The notes beneath the pieces were generated by a model. That model saw nothing but the letters and a program-made list of their open reading frames with translations. It had not been told where the DNA came from and searched no databases. DNA of 61,251 nucleotides, counting the filler, from Sphacelaria rigidula (taxonomy: Eukaryota), in assembly GCA_964200075.2 (NCBI GenBank). It is 5 parts of 5 records of this genome, joined end to end, with 100 filler letters (N's around TTAATTAATTAA, not from the genome) between each part and the next. Parts side by side here need not be neighbours in the genome. Positions count along the whole stretch, not along the records: positions 49,083 to 61,251 come from CAXNAA020004054.1; 4 more parts are not named here. One strand, given 5' to 3'. A program made the translations under genes and the position numbers. This document shows, piece after piece, positions 52,310 to 61,251 of the stretch (its first letter is position 1; each line of letters opens with the position of its first letter).

Positions 52310-53748
52310 GCGAGCTGATGAGTCAAAGCTAGCGAGAGGGGGCGGGGGTAGGGGCGAAGTTTTTGGTCGATGCTTAGCATCAGTTCTGAGTAGCATATGT
52401 TTTCACCTTTTTTTACGTACGTCAAGCATAGCTTGTTGGAATAAAGGACAGATGGGGGATCTTCCATTCCGAGTTACACAATCTGATACATTCCGGGCAA
52501 GTGACACGATCAAGTATACTGGGACCCTTGTATGCCAGCAGCATGTACAGCCTCGAGGCACCTACGTTCTAGTACTGTCCTTCCCCGTCGCAGTTGGCGT
52601 GGATGCACGTTCGCAGCATGAGGTACATACAGTCCACGTGACAAGCAGGGCACAAGTTGCGCCAAGAACAGTGAAGAACGTCAAAGTTCAGGTCCGCGTT
52701 TGCCGGAGAAGAGTTTCAACCATCTGTACCTGCGACATGATTGTTTCCCCTCAACCGATGCACTTCTTTTGCCACTCAGGTCACCTATTATTGGGCGGAA
52801 CCCATAGTATTGAGCGGTACACATGAATTTTTCCCGTCCGTTTTTTTCAGTGACAATATGCACCTGATGGTGTTGTTTGCTCACATATTTTCAACCGGCA
52901 CCAATCATTATCGGTCTCACATTAACATCCATGGAGCAATATCCTCCTCGCACCCCCTAATAATGCTGTAGAAACCTTTTTTTTTTTCAATCGCCATGGG
53001 TATCTATCCTACCAGACATTGCTGTACAAGCCTGGGATCTCTTCTTCAACTCAGTACCATCAGCCAAGTACCGACTGCATCTGCTATACGGATTGTCAAC
53101 GCACGGAAAACGACAGGATTATGACACGTATTTTAGACGGCAGGCATTGGGTATGGTGCCCCTCATGAGTCTGCTGCAAGTTCTTTGTGCACTGCGGCGT
53201 AAGCACGAGCATTAGCACCGTAACTACGCGTGACGGTATTAGTAGAGTATTTGACTGCTGCCGGTATCTGTAGCACAGGGTTGCTACCTAATGCAGTACG
53301 GTTCGGTGAGGTGATCAGAGGCAGCATTCAGCTGCGTCAGCCGGTCGTTGTGTATTGGCAATCTACTGGAGAGGATGCTTTTGTTCAGGACACTGACGTA
53401 TAGTGCAAACGTCTGAGCTGAGAGTGACTTGCTTTCTCTTCGTTTCGGTTTCTACACTAGTAACAAGTAATTCGACTGAAAACTGTCCCATATGCCACGA
53501 ACGTAACCCCTTGACCTACTTGATGGCATTTTTTCGCCGAGCAGCCTTTTTTGTAGATGATGCATGATTTACGCCGTTATCCACCAAAGATCAGCCTCTA
53601 GACCAGATGCTGTTGCCCGCCATGGTCCCTGTAAGTCATATGAATTCGCATCACATGCTCCGCGCATGATTCTGTCTTCCGACTCTTGACCTCTGTCGTC
53701 GCGCCTTTCACCCCCCGTCCTCGCCATCGTCAACATATCACACGGCAG

Positions 53749-53841
53749 ACCGCACACGCTGCCCCAGTGTCTTCTTTGGCCCGTGAGATTGGCCTCCCGA
53801 CTTGGCTGGTCGATATCCGACACGAGGCTGCCCACAAACAG
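53749..53841 (+). CDS. LAS1: Las1 exon with the catalytic HEPN Rx4H motif
   Basis: CAG|...CAG|GT, 31 codons: TAHAAPVSSLAREIGLPTWLVDIRHEAAHKQ. Confidence 0.88.
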
Positions 53842-56275
53842 GTCCCGTGATATTTTGTTGCGTGTTTCGTAGGTAACGGAGTGGTCATATTTGGGGGTAT
53901 CTTTTTGGGTGCGTGGTCTTGCTACTTGAGCCTCGAGCTGGCACAGGTGGTCACTACGGGCGCTTTTCTCTTTTGCATGCGGTAGTCACGTTGATTCGGG
54001 CGGTGTGGTTTCGGCACCGGCTGGGGCCAATGGAGCAGCTTTTTTTTTGTGAACCCCTTGGGAACCCTCCCCTTCCGTCCCCGGGCCAGACGCCTCATTA
54101 TTTCAAGCTATGATAAAGAAGAAAGATGGGAACAAAAAAGCCCGACGGCAACCATTTTCACGGCTGTAGGCCACAGAAAAATCCACCATTATAAGTCATG
54201 CGCTCACCAAAAATATCACCCCGGTGCGGTCGGATTAGTTTTATCCCGTGAGGGATGCAACGGATCAGATTTGTTCAAGTTTGTGCACGCGGCCAAAAGT
54301 AGCACTTGTGTGCCTTGAAGTCTATGCAACAATCGGCACCACCTGTCTATTTTCTACATACTGAGTCCCGTGTTGCACTGGGGCACATTTTTACACGGGT
54401 TTGAAAACACGCCTCGGGCTGATACAAATCTGCTCGATTTCCTTGCGCCAGCGAAACGAAGAATAGTAGGAGCATCTTTTCACGCCACAAATGGGTGTAC
54501 GATCAAGGTGCCTGGGATACCTGATTACTGCAGCTGTCTGGGTCCGTACCGTGAGTAAACGGAGCATATAACCCGGTACCATGTGACCACGGCTGGATCC
54601 CAGGGGAGGCAGCTCAAGGTGCGACAATCAATCAATCATGAAACACGCTTCCTTGATTCTATCCGCAAACACCCGCACTGCTACGGTAAATCCTATTTTT
54701 ACCCGGAGATGTCGACGGAGATCTTTCCAACGACATAGCTTTTCAGCGGCGTGTAGCCGCCACGGGTTACATGAGAGTCGACGCCGGGTTTCCCGTACTG
54801 CTACGGATGATCAAGTTCCGAAAACAGGGGGGGGGGGGGGGGGGGGGGTAAACACACCCCAATTTTGATGGGGGTTCTCCCCACCCGCCCCCCGCTGGAG
54901 CGCAANNNNNNNNNNGGATGCGTGGGTACTGCCTAAGGGTGCGGCGGTTAGCGCGGGAGGGGGGGGGGGGGGGGGGGGGGGGCGTTTAAACTCACCACTA
55001 TTGTACTGAGGTTCTTCGCCAACGACTCGTCGCTTAGGTCCAATATGCAACCCATCATGACGCGGTACGCGGCCCGGGCATGCGCGGGTGTTTCGTGAGG
55101 GTCCGCGAGTGCCGACTGCAATGTCGCCATCACCTGTGGTATAGTGTTGCGTGAAAGCTGTAAATACTCAACCGTTTGTCGTTCAAAAAACATCACCTCG
55201 AAATCCATACGTTTCTATTGCCAGTACAGCAAAAGGGGTAATATAGGTATTCTTTGCACATGCATTTCGACTGATCGTTTGATCGATTGTCACACATCAG
55301 TGATTGAATGATCCCCGCCCGGCGGATCCAGCCTTTGTCATTATCCACAAGATGGACGTACGGAAGCTAGCAAACACCCGATACGGGGAACTCGAGAAAG
55401 CGGGAAGTCGATGGGAGGAAGATAGAGCAAACGGAGTAAACCGGACAAAACGCGAGGCGAACAAAACAGAAGAACAACTGAAAAAGGCAAAAGGGGCAGA
55501 AAGGAGACAAGACATGATAGCCGGTCCCGATGGCAGCAGTAAAAATAGTTGCAGAAAAAGCGAAGGAATAAAGAAACCGGCGAAACAAGGAATGAGAAAC
55601 GGCTAGTCTCTCGAGCATGGCTTCTGTCTTGAAGGCCGCGCGAAATAGAAATGCTGTGAAAGCTAGTTGGGAAGCACACTGTTTCGGGCGTGAAGTGTCA
55701 CCCACCAGTCTTGAAAGGGCGAGACACGGACACCACTACGGTATGAAAACTGAAACCGGAAACAAAAATAGGGGGATGGAGAAAGCGAAAAAACATAAAA
55801 GAGAAGGGAAAACGGGAGAATTGGAGCATGAAGACCAAGCAGAATGCGTGTATCAACACGGCTAGGAACATCGCGAAGGTTGCAAGCCAAGCAAGGAAGT
55901 CAAGGGTCGATAAGATAAGATGGGAGTATATCAGAGTCGCTTAACCACCCGTCTCTTCCACTCATCCCGAGTCGAGCTCAAAGCGCGTCATTATCTCGAC
56001 CATTTTCTTTCATACCCTTCTTTCAGGTGCTGCTAACTATGCTGTTGAAAAGCTGTGCGAGTGTTGAACGGATGGGTGTAGTCACCCCCCCCCACCCCCA
56101 CCCCCCCACACACCACCACCAGCAGCCCCCCCACGACGTCCCAACCCCCTCCGCGACNNNNNNNNNNTCAACCTGGTCTTTTCAAGCTCGTGCGGGTGGT
56201 TGACGGGGGGGGGGTGTCCCCCCCCCCCCCCCCCCCCCTCCCCCTGAATTTCTGTGTCCGACATGGCTGCTATAG

Positions 56276-56403
56276 CTACCAGGTCTGGTGATTCTCCGGC
56301 TAGCCGCGGATTTCCTAATGGACTACCTGTGGAGGAGGTACTGGGCCCCGCAGGATGAACACCTCGGATTCTTATGGGGCGCATTTGACCAGCTCATATG
56401 CAG
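56276..56403 (+). CDS. LAS1: Las1 exon
   Basis: TAG|...AG|GTGAAG, phase 0-2; LPGLVILRLAADFLMDYLWRRYWAPQ fits Las1 LPxLxxLRxA...YWxxQ. Confidence 0.85.
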
Positions 56404-56753
56404 GTGAAGACTTCGTTCGAAGCAGCGCATGGTTGTTACTGTTCCTTCTCCGAAAATGCGTTGATTCGGTTTTATTTTCACTATACAGAAGGTCGACTCC
56501 ATCATGCTACCACGCCGACAGCTGAAATTTGCGTGACTTCAGCGTGAACGTCTCCCCAAAAACTGCACATCGTATCAACGTATCCCCAGTCATACATCAC
56601 GGGCATGTTTTGCTACGTCCACTCTAGAAAGCGGTCCGCTCAGGAGAATGATACGCTGCTCTCTGCTAATCCTTGTAACTCTCTGTCGCTTAATAGACCC
56701 CAACCCTTGATCGTTTGCTGTCTCTGGCTTCCGGTCTACTGTCGCCGCAACAG

Positions 56754-57444
56754 ATTCAAGTCCATGAGCGAGATAGACCCTGGTCTGCCTTGCAACTGCC
56801 CAGATGGCGACGAACAACAGCAGGGCGAGAACCCTAATTCCTCGCCACGCATATCACCTCCGGCACCCGGCGGTGTCGCTCCCTTCTCCTCTCCCATCGC
56901 GAGCAAGAAACGGCGTCGGAAGGATGATGCCCCTACCACGCAGCCCGACGTTCAATCACCAGCCTCTCCCGCGTCGCCTGACGCCCCCACTGGCGCCGCT
57001 GCGTTGTCCTGTACTGAGCCACCATCTAGCCCACCTCCCGATAATCATGGTAGCTGCATGCCCCAACGCCACGATCGCGCGCAGCGGATAGACCCAGCCC
57101 CGCGTGACACAATGTCCGGATGTGCACCCAACACCGCATGTGGCGCAACATCCGTCTGTTCAACCTATAAAAGTGCCGGTGAAGATTCGACCGCAGCAGC
57201 AGCAGTAGCAGCCGCCGCTGCCGCCGGCCTCCAAGAAATTTTGGGCGCTGCCGAGACGGCGGCTCGTGAAATTGCATGTTCGGTCACACCAACCGCTCTA
57301 TCTTGGGGGCTCGTTTCTCTTCTTGCCGATGGGGGCATTTCGCTGGGGAGCAGCCGAGCTGCTGGCGCCTACGGACTGGCGGAGCAAGGACGGAGAGGCC
57401 AGGGACATTTGCTTCCGCGGTCCAGGGAGAAGTACCCCACACCG
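56754..57444 (+). CDS. LAS1: Las1 exon, long Pro/Ser/Ala-rich linker with KKRRRK
   Basis: CAG| phase-2 start compatible with the previous exon; open frame (ORF 56605-57459); CCG|GTGAGA donor. Confidence 0.72.
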
Positions 57445-58148
57445 GTGAGAGGACGATGAGGGCTAGAGCGTGAGGGTGATACTTTTGTACAATGTTGATA
57501 TTCTGTTGTTGTTGGTAGGCATTTTGGACGTGGTGCACGTGGAGGAAAGGGTAGGAGGGGAGGGGCGAGGGGGGGGCGTACTCACTTGTTGCTTGCCTTA
57601 GTCGTTCGGCTATTGAATATGCATCCCTTTCGAGACGGAGCACGAGGGGGAGGGGGGCACAACGGATGAGCTTCACGCATCCTGGCTGTACTACCACTTT
57701 CTTTGTCATGTAGAGAAACGTTCGGGTATGCGGTGCCTCCAGCTGCTGTTCTACAAACGTTCTGCAGAGCTCCCGTGCTGAAATATTCTTCACTATTGTG
57801 TTGTTTTTGGCGGATCTGCACGATGTAGGCTGTCGTTGGTTCAAGTATCCAAGGCGTTTTGTCCCCATCGAGTGGAGGTCAGGTTTCATCTGGGCTTACT
57901 GTGGTGGCTGCCGCTGCTACGTGGTACCCGAAAGGCCTCACGACCACGTGGCTTTGCAAAGGAATGACGGCCGCAACCTCCTGAGTAGAGCGAGGTACAG
58001 AGCTTCACGAGTGTACCGTGATACGTCCCTTCTTGTGTGGGTGAAGTCGCGAATTGGCGCGACTTATTGCAACTGAACGGTGCAACATGCCCATTTATTC
58101 ATCCTTTCTAAATTCTCGTTGCTTTGGCTGATGTGGTGACGGCTGCAG

Positions 58149-58195
58149 GGCACACTTGGCGTGGACGATGAAGTCTACCGCAAATTGACATCCAG
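58149..58195 (+). CDS. LAS1: Las1 short exon
   Basis: CAG|GTLGVDDEVYRKLTS+AG|GTAGGA, phase 0-2; bridges the phases of the neighbouring exons. Confidence 0.6.
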
Positions 58196-58313
58196 GTAGG
58201 AAAAATCGACCCTTTGATCAGCAAAATACATAATATCGGATCAGAGAACATGTTCGTGTTGTACTGAGGGCGACAGGAAGTCTATGCGTGTCTCGTGAAA
58301 TATATAACCCCCA

Positions 58314-58655
58314 CGGGAACCGTCGGTAAGGTACCGTGCCGAGCGCACCCCCGGTATTTACCGAGGTATCTCATAGTGTGATGTGCGTGGGTATCGTAGG
58401 TATGACTTTTGGAAACACCTGATTGAGCGGGTATGGTGGGTATTGACATCTCGAAATACCGTGGTATTGCACGTATCGTGGGTATGGGTTTTGAAGATAT
58501 ACCCGATTGGGTAGGTACGGTAGGTACTGGTATCTCGAAATACCGTGGTATCGTAGGTATAGCAGGTGTGGCATTTGAAAATATACCCGATTGGGTCGGT
58601 ATCGGCACGGTATAAGATGTCCCAAATACCAGTATCGGGTACCTGCCTTGCCCCC
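58314..58655 (+). mobile_element. Minisatellite-bearing MITE-like element (about 2.4 internal units)
   Basis: Left end GGAACCGTCGGTAAGG; internal units ...ATACCCGATTG(A/G)G...GGTACGGTAGGTA...TCTCGAAATACCGTGGTATCG; homologous to 59983-60468. Confidence 0.65.
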
Positions 58656-58888
58656 TATACCGACGTCAATACCGTCATCGGGCAGTGCGGAAAAGCGACG
58701 GACGTGACTCCGCACCTTTTTCTTTCGATCGATAATCGCTCATTTGTGTCGTGTTGCGTCCAAGCGAATTCCAAGCTTTCGATCGAAAAAAGACAGTGGA
58801 ATTCGTGAGACGGTACTTGGTCGCCTTTGTACAGTACAGACAGTCTGTATTGTTTGCACTGCTTGCAAGTAGTGTGTCTTGAGTGCAC

Positions 58889-59246
58889 GCCGGTCGCCCC
58901 GGTGGCTCAGTTGGTAACCTCGAAACCTTCTGACGGTTGGATCATGGGTTCAAATGTCGGAGCGATCTTGAATTTTTTTCTCACTTCATGCCCATCAGTG
59001 GAGAGCGACGATGTCGTGGGTACACGGAAATTCGGCTTAACGGTCGACGAGGGAAAGGGACTGCTGAACCCCTCTCGTGATAAAAAAAGGCAAGCACTGC
59101 AGAAGGAAGGCCGAGTACTAAAAACAAACAAATGAGAAAAAAAAAAAAACTGTGTTGGCTTTCCTCCTGTGTGACCCTGGCTGGTGCGCCCACATATACC
59201 GAAAGGTGTAGACCGGCGTCCAGAATAGATGAAACGACAACACACG
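58889..59246 (+). mobile_element. Full-length tRNA-derived SINE
   Basis: GCCGGTCGCCCCGGTGGCTCAGTTGGTAA head, GGTTCAAATG B-box-like motif, same body and short CA tail. Confidence 0.85.
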
Positions 59247-59982
59247 CATAGTACATGTGTGCGTGTTTTGTACAGTAGGGTTTGAAAGAGAGTCGGGCAA
59301 CGTGCAGTGCAGACAGCCCAGGACTATCAGTTCTCTCTGCTTACAATACGATGTGAAAAAGACTTCAACAACGTGCAGCTTTGTACTGCCTGCACTGTCC
59401 ATGAGGCTGTACGCAACTCGGTTGCCCACCGCACCACGCAGTTCCGTCGCTGATCCTCACCATGAAAGAAGATGCTCAAGTTTTCGCCAACAAAGATTAA
59501 ACAAAGCATACCCAACTACTGCAGTGTATCTATCCCTGTGCTCAACTCGTACTCTACACTGCAGGGTTACGGTGGTAGCTGAGAACGAGTCGGATGTAAT
59601 TTCCATGGTTCTGTGATGGGGTGTTATCTGGCGTGGTGGTCTGTAAGATAGGAGTAGAGTGCTGCTTCGTGCCTTTCAACCGCATGTTTTAGATGGAAAA
59701 AAAACAGCTTTTTTGTTTTGTAGTTTTTCTCCGCGCGCCACTAATTATATGATTGAGTTGAAGCCTTCTAAAACAGAAGTCTGGTGGCTCTATCAGATCG
59801 AGAAGAACAATCGACCGCACTCCAGACTACATAATAATGAGGTCATTCGAATTGATCCAAACACGAAAATTACGGAGAATCTGGGTATACATTATTTGTG
59901 AAAACAACACGTACCTGCTTCGACAACTTCTGGCCTTTGCGTAAGTTGGGACCAGCTGCTCCACCGTGGAGAGTGCATCGCG

Positions 59983-60468
59983 TCCGGTATTTACCGGGTA
60001 TAGCCGCGGTATTTACCAGGGTATCCCATACCGTGGTATGCGTGGGTATCGTAGGTATGAGTTTTGAAAATACCCGATTGAGCGGGTCCGGTAGGTATTG
60101 GAATCTCGAAATACCGTGGTATCGCACGTATCGTGGGTGTGGGTTTTGAAAAGACCTGATTGAGCGGGTACGGTAGGTATTGAAATCTCGAAATACGGTG
60201 GTATCGTGGGTATAGTAGGTATATCATTCGAAAATACCTGATTGAGCGGGTACGGTAGGTATTGAAATCTCGAAATACCGTGGTATCGTAGGTACGACAT
60301 TTGAAAATACCCGATTGGGCAGGTACGGCAGGTATTGACATCTCGAAATACCGTGGTATCATGGGTATCGTAGGTATGACATTTGAAAATACCAGATTGG
60401 ACCGGTATCGGTAGGGTACGAGGTGTCCCTCGTACGGTACCGGGTACCTACCTTACCTACGGTTCCTG
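59983..60468 (+). mobile_element. Minisatellite-bearing MITE-like element (about 4.4 units of 73-82 bp)
   Basis: Right end CCTTACCTACGGTTCCTG is the reverse complement of the left end of the 58314 copy; tandem units start at about 60062, 60144, 60226, 60300 and 60382. Confidence 0.7.
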
Positions 60469-60715
60469 CGAAAAACCCCAACGAGCAACTCATCAGTTTC
60501 GAAGCTAACGTTGAGTGCATACATTCCTGGTTTCCCTTCTTGTCTCTCGCTGTAGACGAAACAGTATTGGATATTCTCGCCGGCTGCATTGACGCAAGAC
60601 TGCACTTGCGTCCGCGCCAACATCGACCCGAGGCATAAATTGAAATGCAGTGTTGACGACCGAAAACGTCCGCCACCCATGTTTGACGTCGGGTCCGCGC
60701 AATACCGACGTACAG

Positions 60716-61037
60716 ATGGGCAGCACTTCTGGGCATTTTCCACTGCAGGTGGCGAGGATTCGGAGCCGCCTTGCTCGTCCGTCTTGTCGAGGCACTCATC
60801 TCAAACGCTTATCGCCAGACCACTCACACTGCAAAATATGCAGCTTGCGCCACCGCCGACCTTGCCGGCGGCGGATCGCACAGCACAGGTGCAACTCGGA
60901 GAGGTGGTCAAGAAAGTGAGATTAGGAACAGCGGCAACAGCAGTGGCAATACGGCCGGGTTGGAACGTCAGGCCTCTTTCATTAGGTTGTGGGTACGGCA
61001 TCTCTTGAGCCGTCGGTGGCACCTGCGCAGTGCGGAC
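60716..61037 (+). CDS. LAS1: Las1 C-terminal region exon (gene continues past the contig end)
   Basis: CAG| phase-2 start; RWAALLGIFHCRWRGFGAALLVRLVEALI...FIRLWVRHLLSRRWH; GAC|GTAAGT donor. Confidence 0.68.
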
Positions 61038-61251
61038 GTAAGTGGGATTTTACTCAAATGAGGGACCCTTGATGAGTGGGGCCGGGGGGGAAGGGGCGGG
61101 GGGCGCACCCCCCCTTTGGTCCCGTGGTTCTAGTGCGGTGGGAGGGGGGGGGGGGGGTTGCTAATGTGTTGCAGGCCTCATTGGTTGGATCATTGACCAT
61201 GCGTCTCCGGAAGGAGGGTACAGGGACATCCCGGGATTGCGATTTTTTTGG

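Noticed and set aside
52169..52318. Terminal exon ending at TGA 52318
   Set aside because: Las1 homology continues in exon 53749-53841, which favours a GC donor at 52310.
59983..60468. CRISPR-like periodic repeats
   Set aside because: Units are contiguous with no unique spacers, no cas genes are present, and the context is a eukaryotic intron.

Overview
Eukaryotic, repeat-rich DNA, most likely from a brown alga or another stramenopile (inferred from long TE-filled introns and Ectocarpus-like retroelements). The window is not contiguous. It is five unrelated contigs of 12,169-12,171 bp (1-12171, 12272-24442, 24543-36713, 36814-48982, 49083-61251) joined by 44N-TTAATTAATTAA-44N linkers. Two host genes can be rebuilt from exons. 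(i) Two exons of an Mpv17/PMP22-family membrane protein flank an 8.8-kb intron. (ii) Seven in-phase exons encode the Las1 HEPN rRNA-processing nuclease (RHEAAH motif) and require a GC donor; the ORF track catches only pieces of them. Most of the rest is transposon-derived: hAT-like elements with 8-bp TSDs, Tc1/mariner MITEs, two mariner deletion derivatives (one with D40D spacing, inserted in a Gypsy integrase), Copia and Gypsy relics, a tRNA-derived SINE family and long inverted repeats. The best novelty candidates are a Gypsy integrase ending in chromo-like plus Tudor-like modules, an unidentified short-intron coding region with a 397-codon ORF in contig 4, and an antisense spliced sequence inside a Las1 intron. 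No CRISPR array, rRNA or intact tRNA gene was found.
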